From: Escherichia phage PGN829.1
Length of the DNA: 64,000 bases
Direction: 5' to 3' (one strand)
Sequence record: NC_070871.1
The translations under genes were made by a program, and so were the position numbers. Shown piece after piece: positions 37,030 through 48,056 of the stretch (position 1 is its first letter; every line of letters begins with the position of its first letter). A model generated the notes under the pieces. That model had not been told where the DNA came from, did no database searches, and worked only from the letters and a program-made list of their open reading frames with translations.

Positions 37030-40000
37030 TTGAACAGGAAACATGCTATGTCAACATTTGACCGTCTGGCAGGTTTCGCAGACAGCATCACTAATGCTAA
37101 GCAAGTCGATGTCTCTACTGCAACCTCTCAGAAGCAAGCTGCACAAGGGCAAAGCCCTTTCCAATTAACCCCAGAGAATGCTTACAATCTCCAAACTGGT
37201 CGTGTAGGTAATCTTGGAATTGGTGCATTCGAACCAGGTTCACTTCAGGCAGATTTCACTCAAGCCTCCCCATTAGAAATCCTTAATAAATACGGTAATG
37301 AGCAAGGTCTACAGATTATTAATAGCCGAGCTAATGCTGCTGATGTTGTACGTCAGGACTTATCTAAACAACGTACTAACGCGGAAGCATTTGGTGATAC
37401 TCTTTCTGGTGTTGGTCTTGGTGTTGCTAATACCCTTGGGGGCATTGCTGCTCTTGGTACAGGTCTGGTCAATGATAATGCCGGAGCATCCATTGCTTCC
37501 GGGATGGATTGGCTGAATGAAGGTGTACACAATTTACAGTCTGATGCACTGAATGCTACCCGTAAGGTTGTTCAGAATCAGAACCAGATTTCTGCACAAA
37601 AGAACCAGAAGCTCTATGAAGAAGATATTAAAAATGGGGAGAGCAGTTTGGTTGCCTCCCTGTCTCGCATTGGTCGTGATGCTTTTGATTCTGTTGCTAA
37701 TACACTTGATAATGGTATGGCTGCTACCGATGGGCTGAGTGAAGGTGTTGGTTCTCTCTTTACTGGTGGTCCATTAATTCGTGGTGTATCCGCACTCGGT
37801 AAAGTAATGGTAGGTGGAGATAAAGCCGTTAAAGGTATTACCCTAGCTGCTGAGTTAGGTTCACGTCCTGCACAGATTGCATTGTCTGCTGGTCGTGTTG
37901 CTGCACCTGCTATTGCAATTGGTGGTATGGAAGCTGGTGGTGCATACCAGCAGACTGCTTCTGAAATCATGAAGATGTCCCATCAAGAATTGGCAAGTAA
38001 GTCTCCTGTTTATCAACAACATATCGCTGATGGTTTATCTCCTGATGAAGCACGTCGTCAAACTGCATCTGAAACGGGTATCATTGCTGCTAGCTTAACT
38101 GCTCCAGTTGCTGCTGCTACTGGTCCACTGGTATCTAAGTTTGAACTTAACCCACTTAAGGTAGGTTCACTGGCTGGTGCTGGCTCTAACATGCTTCGTG
38201 AAACCGTAGAAGAAGGTATTCAGTCTGGTACAAGTCAGTTTGCACAGAACAAGGCAATTCAGGGTAATGTAGATGCTAAGCGTGATCTGCTTAAAGGTGT
38301 CGGTGAGCAAGCAGGTCTTGGTGCACTCTATGGCTTCGGTAGTGCTGGTGTTTCTCAGGCTCCTGGTGCAACTGTTAAAGCTGTTGGTGCTTCTGCTGGC
38401 CCTGCTCTTCGTACTACCCTGGCTGGTGCTTCTCTGGTTGGTAGTGCATTAGCAAAAGCTGCTTCTCCTATTACTAACATCCTGGTTCAACGTGGTGAAG
38501 AAGTTGCTAAGCGTAATGAACAAGCATCCCCTGTATCTGATGCCACTGTTAATGCTGCTGCACAAGAAGCTACTGCTCAGGCAGAACAAGCACAAGCAAC
38601 TGTACAGGAAGCAGTAGATGCAATGGATATTTCTCCTGAAGAGAAAGCTGCTGCTACTCAGTATGCTGCTGACTTAACTCAGGCAATGAAGTTTGACCCA
38701 GTAGAGTTAGAGCAAGCTAATCCAGCAATCCGTGAAGCCGTTTCTGGTTCCACTAACCGTGTTGAAGCTATTCAGAAGATGGCTGACCTGGTTAATACTG
38801 CCGAAGACCCTAACGTTCAAATGGAAGCTGCAATCCAGATGTATGACAATATCATGTCTATGGATAGCTTCATTAACCGTGACCCAGGTGCTCTGGCTAA
38901 CCTGGAACAAGGTTCCCCTGCTGCTGCAATCGTTGACCAGTTCTCTGGTCTGATGGCTAACGTTCAGAATACACCTAAAGTACTTCGTGCATTCCGTGCT
39001 ATTCATTCTATGATTCAGGAACAGGCTGAAGCAGGTAAACTGAAAGCTACTGAAGAAGCCAACCAAGCCCAAGCAAACAATATTGCTATGGCTGCTGATA
39101 TGTCTCCAGAAGTACTGGATGCTGATTCAGTGAACATGATTCTGAAACATGCAAGTGAAGGTAAGATTACACTGGGGAATCATCAGCGTGCTGCCCTGCA
39201 ATCGGCTGCTGCCTTGTTACAGGGTGCACGAGAATTTGATGCTAAAGCAGAAGAACTAGGCTTACGTCCTCAAGACATTGTTAGTAAACAGATTAAAACC
39301 GACGAGTCTCGTTCTAATGAAGGTCAGTACTCTGCGTTGCAACATGCTAAACGCATTCGTTCTGCGTACAACTCTGGTAATTTCGATTTGGCTTCCGCTT
39401 ACCTCGACGACTTTATGAAGTTCGCCCAGCACATGCAGAATAAGGTCGGAGCGTTGAATGAGCATCTGATTTCTGGGAATGCGGATAAGAATAAGTCTGT
39501 CCATTATCAGGCTCTTACTCCCTCCCGTGAATGGGTACGTAGTCGTACTGGTCTTGGTGTCAATCCGTATGATACCAAGTCGGTTAAGTTTGCCCAGCAA
39601 GTAGGACTGGAGGCCAAAACCGTAGCTGATATTGCTAACGCACTTGCTACGGCTTACCCGGAGCTTAATGTTTCTCATGTGAAGGTTACTCCATTAGATT
39701 CACGTCTGGACAAGCCTGCTGCCCAGGTAGTTAAAGAGTTCCGTCAAGGTGGTCTTGATGCCACTCAGTCTCAACAGACCAATGAACCAGTGAATCAGGT
39801 TGATGAAACTCCTGCACCAGCGCAAGAGACTACTACTACTGTACAGCCTAAAGCTAAACCAGTGGTAGAAAATAAGACTGTTCCTGTTAAAGAGGCTAGT
39901 TCAAAAGCAGAAGAAGTCTCTACTACTAAGTCTGAAACAGTAGATGCTACCCTCACCAATGAGGATACCACTCAAAAAGTAGCTGAAACTAAAACGGAAA

Positions 40001-43000
40001 TGGAAACAGTTTTCCCTGTCTATAACAATGACAAGACACCGAACCAGTTCCTGAAATCATTTACCCTGCCGGAAGAACCTAAGTCTCGCACCATTGGTTC
40101 TGAATCCCCTTTGACTGATATTAAGCAAGCACTGTCTTCTACTGCACGCTTTGAAGCATTCACTCAAAAAGAAAATAACGCTCTCACAAGTGATGTGATT
40201 AAGCGTTATCAGGACTTAATGGGCTTTGGTGAAACTCTGAAGACTACTCTGTCTGATCGTCTGGCTAAGTTTCTTGCTAATAAGAACGTTGGTAAACGCT
40301 TTGCAGAAGGCACAGAGGCTAACCGTTGGGTAGGTGGTAAGTTACTTAATATCGTAGAGAAAGACGGAGACACCTTTAAGTTCAATGACCAGTTGTTAGA
40401 GACTGCTGTACTTGCTGGTCTGCAATGGCGACTGACTGCTACACAGAATGCTGCTGTTAAAGACATGAAAGATGTAGCTGCTATTACTGGTGTAGAGGCA
40501 TCTCTGTTACCTGAAGGTATTCTGGCTGACTTCGAGAATGCTCAGACTCTGGTTGAAGCTACTAACTCACTGGCTCAAAAGATTGAATCTTACTGGGGTT
40601 TGAATCGCAATCCAAATGCACCACTGGGTTATACCAAAGGTATCCCAATGGCAATGGCTACGGAGATTCTGTCTTCTTTCATTGAGATGGGTGAAGTTAA
40701 AGAATCTATGCTGGATGTGTCTGAGTTTGACCCAGACTCTAATAAGACCGTCGGTCTGTATACCATTGAGAAGCTGGATGATAACGATGCCATTAACAAG
40801 TTCCCTACTGCTATCGAGGAAGCTGTTCTCGTAGAACCAGAAGAGAAAATGTACTTTGGTGATGATATTCCTTCCGTGGCTCAAACTCAGTTACGTAACC
40901 CTGCTGTTAAGAATACCCCAGAGCAGAAAGCTGCTCTTAAAGCAGAACAGGCTACCGAGTTCCGTGTACACATGCCGATGGTTAACTTCTATGAAGCATT
41001 AGGTCGTGACAACATTCTGGAACTGATGGGTGCTGGTACTCTTAATCCTGAACTGCTGAACGTGAACACTGCTAAGTCACTGGAGGGTAAAAACCTGTCA
41101 GTGTCTATGGCATATGATTCCCTGTTCGGTGTAATCAACCAGTTACAGGAACAGGAGAATGGTCTGGATACGCCTATTCACTATGGTTACAACATGACCC
41201 GTGTAGGTCGTATGCAGATGTTAGGTAAGAACAACCCACAATCCAGTAAACTGGTTCGTGAAGCAATTCTGCCAACCTTCTCTACTATTGACTTGAGTAA
41301 TGAAAATAGCCAAACATTCTCTGACTTCCAGCTAGGACTGGCTCAGGCATTGGGTATCAAGGTACATAACATGTCCCGTGAAGCTATGTCTGAAAAGTTG
41401 ACCAAGGCTCTGGAAGGTAATCTGAAACCTGCCGTTGATATGGTGGTTGAGTTTGATAAGTCTGGTCACTTACCAGCTAATGCAGTGGATATTCTGAAAA
41501 CATCTCTGGGCGGCGATAAATCATTCGTAGCTCTTATGGCTCTTATGGAATATGCCCGTTACCTGAACAGTGATGACCGTGCCAACTTTAATACCCCTCT
41601 GTACGTTGAAGCCGATGGTGTAACTAACGGACCAATCAACGCAATGGTATTAATGACCGGTGGTAAGTTCACTTCAGACTGGGTTAAGAATACTGCTAAA
41701 GGTGGCTTGTTCTTCGGTAAAGCTGGTAAGACTATGAATGAACATCGTTCACAGGATGACAGTGTTGACCTGTATGAAGCATCTACCAATGGTCTGCAAC
41801 AAGCACTTAATGAGTTACGTACTACTTACCGTAACAACGTTCCGGTTATGAACCAAATGAATCATCTTCAGAAGTTAATGGACCTGTTTATTAAAGACTT
41901 TAACCTGAATGAAGACGGTACTCTGGACCTGAAACGTGGTATCGCTAAAAACCCACTGACTATTACCATCTATGGTTCTGGTGCTCGTGGTATTGCTGGC
42001 AAGATGGTTAGTGCAATTACTGACACCATCTATGAACGCTTCAGTGATGTTCTGCAAGCTCGTGCTGCTGACCCTAGCATTTCCCCAGCTATGGCAATGT
42101 TTGGTAAGGAGGCTGCGTCTGAGGCTGATGCTCAGGCTATGCTGGATACTTTCCTTACTTCTATGGAAGCACTGACTGGTAATGTTCCAGTTATGCGTAA
42201 AGGTGAACTGTCTATTCAACAGGTAGAAGGTGCTCTGACTGGTAAGTTAGACCCTCAGAAGTTTACCGTATCAGGAAATGCTCTGAAGAACTTACAAGAG
42301 AACATGCTTCACCTGTTCGTTGAACCAATGCGTACTGGTATCCGTAATACTGTTGGTGAAGGTCTGATGCATTCTACTGAGAACTTGCAGAAGGCTACCC
42401 AGATTCAGTCACTGGTATTGCAGGATATGTTCCAGCAACGTGTCCAGGAGAAGCTAGCAGAAAAAGAAAAAGACCCAACATGGAAAAAGGGTGATTTCTT
42501 AACACAGAAAGAACTGAATGAAATCCAGGAATCATTATCCCCACTAGCTCCAATGATTGAGACTGGTTCACAGACTTTCTACATTGCTGGCAGTGAAAAT
42601 ACTGATGTTGCTAACCAAGTTCTGGCTACCAACTTAGATGATCGTATGCGTGTGCCAATGAGCATCTATGCTCCTTCACAGGCAGGTGTTGCAGGTATTC
42701 CTTTTATGACCATTGGTACTGGCGATGGCATGATGATGCAGACCCTTTCTACTATGAAAGGTGCTCCGAAGAATACCCTGAAAATCTTTGATGGTATGAA
42801 CATTGGTATCAACAACATCACTGATGCAAGTCGTAAAGCTAATGAGGCTGTATACACTTCCTGGCAGGGTAACCCTATCAAGAATGTCTACGACTCCTTC
42901 TCTAAGTTCATGAAGAATGTAGACTTCAGCAAACTGTCTGATGAAACCAAACAGGCTATCGCTAAATCTGCTCTGGAATATGACCAGCGTGAAGGTGCTA

Positions 43001-46000
43001 CCGATGACCTGTTACGTGTTGGTGCTGAACAGATTGAACGTAACCTGCGTAATATTGCTCTGGGTGTAGATATTCGTCACAAAGTAATGAACCAGGTACA
43101 GACTACTGTTGACCAGATGGCTGCTGTTGGTGCTCCTTATGTGAACAACGGTAAAATCTCTCTGGAAGGTCTGACCGTAGACCAACAAGTAGCTAAGCTA
43201 AATGAACTGTTCGATGCTGAATTAAACAAACGTCGTGATGCAGTACGTGCTGCTAAAGTAGAACCAGTGAAAGAAGTGCCAGCAATGGAACAGGTTGGTC
43301 GTGTACTGAAGTCTGGTGTACGCCTACTGTCTAATACTGCTATCTCTAAGCTGGCTAAAGAGATGTCTCCGGAACAGCAAGCAGTACTGAAAGAAGTACA
43401 GAAATCCCTTGCTGCTAAAGACTATAAGGTTGTTTACGGTACACCTTCCCAACTGGATGCTTATGCTATTGAGAAGAATATTACTCGCCCAGCACCAGAA
43501 GATATTGAAGCTGCTGAAGCTGGTAATGCGTATGGTTGGACTAACTTTGAAGATAAGACCATCTACTTAGTTACCCCTTCCTTAGAGACTCTGGTTCATG
43601 AATTGGTGCATGCTTCTACTTTTGAATCTGTACTGGCTCACTATGAGGGTACTCCTAATGAAGCGGTCCAGAACATTGAAGACCTGATGAACCAGTTCCG
43701 TGCTCTGGATGTTAAGGATGAATCCCCGGCAGTTCGGGAAGCATATGCAGATGCTCTTAATACTATTAACGGTCATTTATCTAATGGCTTTATTGAGCCA
43801 GCAATGGCTAAAGCTGCTGCACTGAATGAGTACATGGCATGGGGTTTAACCAACCGTGAACTGATTAGTAAGCAGAAGAAAACCACTGCACTTAAGACTA
43901 TGGTTCAGGCTGTATATGAAGCAATTAAACGTCTGGTATTCGGGCGTAAGAAAGCACCAGCTAATGCAGATGATATGTTCTCTGGCTTACTGTTTAACTC
44001 GTCCGTAGTTATGCGTGGGCAAGCTCCTACTGCTGCTGTAGTCAAAGATACTACTCTGTTCCATAACAAAACGTATGGTGACAATACTCGTCTGGAAGAG
44101 CTAGGGAAAACCTTCGATAAACTGATTACTGACTACATTGGTTCTGAACCAGTACAGCAAGTAATTCGTAAAGGTAAGTTCTCTGATGCAGTGGTTAATG
44201 CGACTAAAGTAACTCGTGATGTTCAGGCTCATGGCTTCACTATGAATATGCAGGAACAACGTCTCTTTACTAACATTGTTGCTGCTCTGGCTACTGAGGC
44301 TGCTATTAATCCTGCTGCTCTGGCTCGTGCGCAGGAATACTACACACATGTTACTAAGAACCTGACCGTTGAGTCATTCATGACTGACCCAGATAGTACT
44401 AACCCTGCTGACCGTTACTATGCACAGCAGAAGTTCGATACCATCATGGGTGCTAACAACATTGAGTTTGATTCACAAGGTCGTTCCTCCTTACTGCCTA
44501 CCTTTATTGGTCTGGCGATGGTAAGTGAAGAGGTACGTAAAGTGCTGGCTGATATTCCAGTTATGAAAGTAGACAAGAAATCTGGCAATACCGCTGATGC
44601 AATGCTGACTAACATCGGTACTGCTGCAATGGCTAGTCTGAATGCTCGTGTAGCAGGAGATACTAAAGCTACCAACGTACAGGAAGGTATGGATGCACTG
44701 GCTCAGACAATCATGCAGACCAGTCTTAATGCACAATCCTTCTATGATTCCGTTGCTACTCCTACGGGTAATGCTATTGATCGTGCTAACCAGTATCTGG
44801 TGGACTCTATTGATGTACTGTCTACCCGTGCTTTAGAAGGTGCTCGTGAAGTTGCAGCTAATACCAAGAACCCGTTGGTTAAAGGTGCTGCCCATGCTGC
44901 ACAATTAATAGCTGCTATTGCTACAGAGAAGAATGGTGCAATCGTAGCCGAAGGTGTTATGGCTGCAATGAACCAAGGTAAAGTATGGCAACCCTTTCAC
45001 GATCTGGTTAATGACTTAACTGGTCGTACTAAGAGTAATGCTTCTGTATATGATTTGATTAAGGCAGTGCGTGCCCAGGTACAGGCTGACCGTCAACAGT
45101 TCCGTGAACATCTGCCCACCACTATCGCATCTAAGTTCAGCCGTAAGCTGACTAATGATGAGTGGAAAGCAATGCATACCGGTATGGGTAAAACCGACTT
45201 AGCTGTTCTGCGTGACACTATGTCTCTGGCTGAAATTCGTGACCTGCTGACTGACCAGAAGATTGTTGACCGTGAGGTTAATAAACTGGAAGCAGATTTG
45301 CAGAAACAAGCTGGTCGTAACTGGCCTTTGATTAACCGTAAATCTAAGCAACTGGCTCAGTACATGATTAATGGAACAGTTGGTAATAACCTGCTGCGTA
45401 ATGCTACAGCAATCTCTCGTATGCTGGGTGAACGTCAGGCTGCACGTTCTACTGTAGACGTAGCTCAACTGGATAAACTGATTACTCTGTATGCACTGGA
45501 AGCAATGAGTAAAACTGACCGCGAGGTGTTATCTTCACTGGCTCAGACAGAGATTGAAGGCATGGACTTCGCTACTTCTTATCTGGTTGGTCAGCGTAAA
45601 GATGAAATGGCTAAAGCCAAATCTGATACTCGTGCAACTCTGAACCAGTACAAAGGGTATATTCCTGGTGAGACTAAACAGGGTGTTAACTTGATAGTTG
45701 CTGAAGATAGTCAGTTTGCTGATTTGATTGAGAAGTCCTATGTACGTCTGGGTACTTATCAGGGTAGCTCTGCTAATCGTGGTCCAGCACGTAGCTACTA
45801 CTTTGCACCGGTACAGGCACAGGCTCCATTCTCGCAAGGTATCTTACAGAACGTTCGCAATACTGCTGGTGGTGTAGACCTTGGTACAGGCTTTACGATG
45901 GGTACAATGGTAGCTGGTCGTATCACTGACAAGCCTTCTGTAGACCGTATCACTAAAGCACTGGCTCGCGGTGAACGTGGTAATGAACCACTGCTGCCTG

Positions 46001-47400
46001 TATATGATGATAAAGGCAATGTGGTTGCTTATGAGCAATCTATTGACCCTAACATGCTGAAGCACATTGAGGGTGAGAACCATCTCGCTCGTGCAATCGG
46101 TGTATGGCGTGGTCGTCAGGTAGAGGAAGCTAAGGCTCAGCGTTTCAACGATATGCTGATTGAGAACCTGCATAGCATGTATGAGAACGACATTAAGATG
46201 TCTACCTCTAATAAGTCACAGTACGTTAACCTTCTTGGTTCTAAACTGGATCCAGTAACTGCTGATGCTCTTAAACTGATGAACAGTGAAACTCGTCAGA
46301 AAGCAGAAAGTCTGTTTGGTGAAGGTGAACTGTGGGTACGTCGTGACATGCTGAATGATGCACTGGGTTATCGTGCAGCTTCTGTAGGTGATGCCTGGTC
46401 TGGTAACTCTCGTTGGTCACCGGAAACATTGGATACCTTCAAGAAAGCTATGTTGGGTGTATTTGGCAACCGTGCTTACAAATATGTAATGGGTGGTGAG
46501 AATCTGGTTCAGAACTTAGTTAAAGAAGCCAAAACTCTGATTGTAGTTAAATCAGTAGTTGTGCCTGCTGTTAACTTCCTGGCTAACCTTTACCAGATGG
46601 TCGGTCGTGGTGTACCTGTTAAGAACATTACTAAGAGTATTCCACAGAAGACTGCTGAGATTAATCAGTACCTGAAATCTCGTCTGCGTCAGGTAGATGC
46701 AGAAGCGGAATTACGTGCAGCTACTAACCCGAACCAGATTCGTAAACTTAAAGCTGAGATTCAGTCCATCACTGATAGCCATAAGCGTATGAGTATCTGG
46801 CCTCTGTTAGAAGCTGGTGAGTTTTCTTCAATTGCAGATGCTGGTATTGGTCGTGATGACATCCTGATTACTGAAGGTAAACTTCATGAATACATGGATA
46901 AGCTGGCTGATAAGTTACCTAAGTCTGTACGTAATGCTGGACGTTATGCACTTATCACCAAAGATACTGCTCTGTTCCAGGGTATCCAGAAGACGGTTGA
47001 GTACTCTGACTTTATTGCTAAAGCAATCATCTATGATGATTTGACTCAGCGTAAAGGTAAGACTCGTGAAGAAGCACTTGGACGTGTAACGGAAGAGTTC
47101 ATTAACTATGACCGTCTGCCTGGTCGCTTCCGTGGGTATATGGAAAGTGTTGGTCTTATGTGGTTCTATAACTTTAAGATTCGTTCTGCAAAAATTGCAG
47201 TATCCATGATTCGTAACAACCCGGTACACGCAGCTATGGCTATGTTGGCTCCAACTCCTACCATGTTTGGTAATGTTGGTTTACCTATTCAGGACAACAT
47301 CTTCAGTATTGCTGCACAAGGCAATCTCGGTTACTCCTGGGGCTTCGGTCAGGGACTTCGTGCCCATAACCTTAACCCTTGGCTCAATCTAGCTAACTAA
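37030..47400 (+). CDS. virion-encapsidated RNA polymerase (N4 gp50-like vRNAP)
   Basis: 3456-aa ORF; central single-subunit RNAP motif B (RGIAKNPLTITIYGSG); size and position match N4 vRNAP. Confidence 0.85.
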   Translation: MNRKHAMSTFDRLAGFADSITNAKQVDVSTATSQKQAAQGQSPFQLTPENAYNLQTGRVGNLGIGAFEPGSLQADFTQASPLEILNKYGNEQGLQIINSRANAADVVRQDLSKQRTNAEAFGDTLSGVGLGVANTLGGIAALGTGLVNDNAGASIASGMDWLNEGVHNLQSDALNATRKVVQNQNQISAQKNQKLYEEDIKNGESSLVASLSRIGRDAFDSVANTLDNGMAATDGLSEGVGSLFTGGPLIRGVSALGKVMVGGDKAVKGITLAAELGSRPAQIALSAGRVAAPAIAIGGMEAGGAYQQTASEIMKMSHQELASKSPVYQQHIADGLSPDEARRQTASETGIIAASLTAPVAAATGPLVSKFELNPLKVGSLAGAGSNMLRETVEEGIQSGTSQFAQNKAIQGNVDAKRDLLKGVGEQAGLGALYGFGSAGVSQAPGATVKAVGASAGPALRTTLAGASLVGSALAKAASPITNILVQRGEEVAKRNEQASPVSDATVNAAAQEATAQAEQAQATVQEAVDAMDISPEEKAAATQYAADLTQAMKFDPVELEQANPAIREAVSGSTNRVEAIQKMADLVNTAEDPNVQMEAAIQMYDNIMSMDSFINRDPGALANLEQGSPAAAIVDQFSGLMANVQNTPKVLRAFRAIHSMIQEQAEAGKLKATEEANQAQANNIAMAADMSPEVLDADSVNMILKHASEGKITLGNHQRAALQSAAALLQGAREFDAKAEELGLRPQDIVSKQIKTDESRSNEGQYSALQHAKRIRSAYNSGNFDLASAYLDDFMKFAQHMQNKVGALNEHLISGNADKNKSVHYQALTPSREWVRSRTGLGVNPYDTKSVKFAQQVGLEAKTVADIANALATAYPELNVSHVKVTPLDSRLDKPAAQVVKEFRQGGLDATQSQQTNEPVNQVDETPAPAQETTTTVQPKAKPVVENKTVPVKEASSKAEEVSTTKSETVDATLTNEDTTQKVAETKTEMETVFPVYNNDKTPNQFLKSFTLPEEPKSRTIGSESPLTDIKQALSSTARFEAFTQKENNALTSDVIKRYQDLMGFGETLKTTLSDRLAKFLANKNVGKRFAEGTEANRWVGGKLLNIVEKDGDTFKFNDQLLETAVLAGLQWRLTATQNAAVKDMKDVAAITGVEASLLPEGILADFENAQTLVEATNSLAQKIESYWGLNRNPNAPLGYTKGIPMAMATEILSSFIEMGEVKESMLDVSEFDPDSNKTVGLYTIEKLDDNDAINKFPTAIEEAVLVEPEEKMYFGDDIPSVAQTQLRNPAVKNTPEQKAALKAEQATEFRVHMPMVNFYEALGRDNILELMGAGTLNPELLNVNTAKSLEGKNLSVSMAYDSLFGVINQLQEQENGLDTPIHYGYNMTRVGRMQMLGKNNPQSSKLVREAILPTFSTIDLSNENSQTFSDFQLGLAQALGIKVHNMSREAMSEKLTKALEGNLKPAVDMVVEFDKSGHLPANAVDILKTSLGGDKSFVALMALMEYARYLNSDDRANFNTPLYVEADGVTNGPINAMVLMTGGKFTSDWVKNTAKGGLFFGKAGKTMNEHRSQDDSVDLYEASTNGLQQALNELRTTYRNNVPVMNQMNHLQKLMDLFIKDFNLNEDGTLDLKRGIAKNPLTITIYGSGARGIAGKMVSAITDTIYERFSDVLQARAADPSISPAMAMFGKEAASEADAQAMLDTFLTSMEALTGNVPVMRKGELSIQQVEGALTGKLDPQKFTVSGNALKNLQENMLHLFVEPMRTGIRNTVGEGLMHSTENLQKATQIQSLVLQDMFQQRVQEKLAEKEKDPTWKKGDFLTQKELNEIQESLSPLAPMIETGSQTFYIAGSENTDVANQVLATNLDDRMRVPMSIYAPSQAGVAGIPFMTIGTGDGMMMQTLSTMKGAPKNTLKIFDGMNIGINNITDASRKANEAVYTSWQGNPIKNVYDSFSKFMKNVDFSKLSDETKQAIAKSALEYDQREGATDDLLRVGAEQIERNLRNIALGVDIRHKVMNQVQTTVDQMAAVGAPYVNNGKISLEGLTVDQQVAKLNELFDAELNKRRDAVRAAKVEPVKEVPAMEQVGRVLKSGVRLLSNTAISKLAKEMSPEQQAVLKEVQKSLAAKDYKVVYGTPSQLDAYAIEKNITRPAPEDIEAAEAGNAYGWTNFEDKTIYLVTPSLETLVHELVHASTFESVLAHYEGTPNEAVQNIEDLMNQFRALDVKDESPAVREAYADALNTINGHLSNGFIEPAMAKAAALNEYMAWGLTNRELISKQKKTTALKTMVQAVYEAIKRLVFGRKKAPANADDMFSGLLFNSSVVMRGQAPTAAVVKDTTLFHNKTYGDNTRLEELGKTFDKLITDYIGSEPVQQVIRKGKFSDAVVNATKVTRDVQAHGFTMNMQEQRLFTNIVAALATEAAINPAALARAQEYYTHVTKNLTVESFMTDPDSTNPADRYYAQQKFDTIMGANNIEFDSQGRSSLLPTFIGLAMVSEEVRKVLADIPVMKVDKKSGNTADAMLTNIGTAAMASLNARVAGDTKATNVQEGMDALAQTIMQTSLNAQSFYDSVATPTGNAIDRANQYLVDSIDVLSTRALEGAREVAANTKNPLVKGAAHAAQLIAAIATEKNGAIVAEGVMAAMNQGKVWQPFHDLVNDLTGRTKSNASVYDLIKAVRAQVQADRQQFREHLPTTIASKFSRKLTNDEWKAMHTGMGKTDLAVLRDTMSLAEIRDLLTDQKIVDREVNKLEADLQKQAGRNWPLINRKSKQLAQYMINGTVGNNLLRNATAISRMLGERQAARSTVDVAQLDKLITLYALEAMSKTDREVLSSLAQTEIEGMDFATSYLVGQRKDEMAKAKSDTRATLNQYKGYIPGETKQGVNLIVAEDSQFADLIEKSYVRLGTYQGSSANRGPARSYYFAPVQAQAPFSQGILQNVRNTAGGVDLGTGFTMGTMVAGRITDKPSVDRITKALARGERGNEPLLPVYDDKGNVVAYEQSIDPNMLKHIEGENHLARAIGVWRGRQVEEAKAQRFNDMLIENLHSMYENDIKMSTSNKSQYVNLLGSKLDPVTADALKLMNSETRQKAESLFGEGELWVRRDMLNDALGYRAASVGDAWSGNSRWSPETLDTFKKAMLGVFGNRAYKYVMGGENLVQNLVKEAKTLIVVKSVVVPAVNFLANLYQMVGRGVPVKNITKSIPQKTAEINQYLKSRLRQVDAEAELRAATNPNQIRKLKAEIQSITDSHKRMSIWPLLEAGEFSSIADAGIGRDDILITEGKLHEYMDKLADKLPKSVRNAGRYALITKDTALFQGIQKTVEYSDFIAKAIIYDDLTQRKGKTREEALGRVTEEFINYDRLPGRFRGYMESVGLMWFYNFKIRSAKIAVSMIRNNPVHAAMAMLAPTPTMFGNVGLPIQDNIFSIAAQGNLGYSWGFGQGLRAHNLNPWLNLAN

Positions 47401-47403
47401 ATG

Positions 47404-47436
47404 AAAAAGCCCCTCATTAGAGGGGCTTTAATTTTT
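47404..47436. terminator. bidirectional intrinsic terminator between convergent genes
   Basis: 10-bp stem aaagcccctc/gaggggcttt, loop atta, T tracts on both strands. Confidence 0.7.
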
Positions 47437-47437
47437 A

Positions 47438-47938
47438 CTAAACTAACACCCAGTCTTCAGCTAATATATCTGATTGGGATGGGACCCAAGGCATAAACTG
47501 GTTATCAACAGTTTTGATTCCTAACCATGGACGAGGTTTCAATTCATCAGCAAGTCCTGGACGCTCTAAGCTACTGCTATTCCATTCTTGAGCAGCAACG
47601 TACTCAATGTACATTCCTTTACCATTCCAGCCTTTACGGGCTAGTTTGAAGCCGGATTTGAGAAGCTCTACTGCATGACCAAAGGTGCAACCTTTTTCTA
47701 CGTCATGGTACGCAGTTTCAAATGCAGATTTAGGTGACCAGCTAATATAGCCACGGAACTGAGGATGGTTAGACTTAGAGTCTGGGTACTCTACTAAGTA
47801 ACCTTCTTCTAATGGGTCCTCATTAGCAGGTACATCCCAGCCACGAAGTTTGCAGTATGTTTCTTTGTTCATTCGGAAACCATTTACACACTTGGTTCCG
47901 ATATAATTGGTAAAATGGACTTTAATTTCTTCTGACAT
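47438..47938 (-). CDS. DUF2829 (Tad2-like) domain protein
   Basis: C-terminal ELLKSGFKLARKGWNGKGMYIEY ... FMPWVPSQSDILAEDW matches recalled DUF2829 signature; start at MSEEIK with GAGGT RBS. Confidence 0.5.
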   Translation of the reverse strand: MSEEIKVHFTNYIGTKCVNGFRMNKETYCKLRGWDVPANEDPLEEGYLVEYPDSKSNHPQFRGYISWSPKSAFETAYHDVEKGCTFGHAVELLKSGFKLARKGWNGKGMYIEYVAAQEWNSSSLERPGLADELKPRPWLGIKTVDNQFMPWVPSQSDILAEDWVLV

Positions 47939-47956
47939 AACTACCTCAAATGAGAA

Positions 47957-47988
47957 AGCCCTCACTAGGAGGGCTTGTTTTGTTTTGG
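47957..47988 (+). terminator. hairpin with plus-strand T tract (terminator-like)
   Basis: agccctc-acta-gagggct followed by GTTTTGTTTTGG on plus strand. Confidence 0.4.
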
Positions 47989-48056
47989 CTTCATGAGCCT
48001 TACCACATGTCGGGTAGTTCAGTACCTTTCGGTAAAAACTACCTTACACTTTTGAA

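Noticed and set aside
37298-46173. Multiple 60-140-aa ORFs on both strands inside the vRNAP gene
   Set aside because: All lie within the single 10.4-kb vRNAP reading frame, which carries recognisable RNAP motifs; none has an independent start context.
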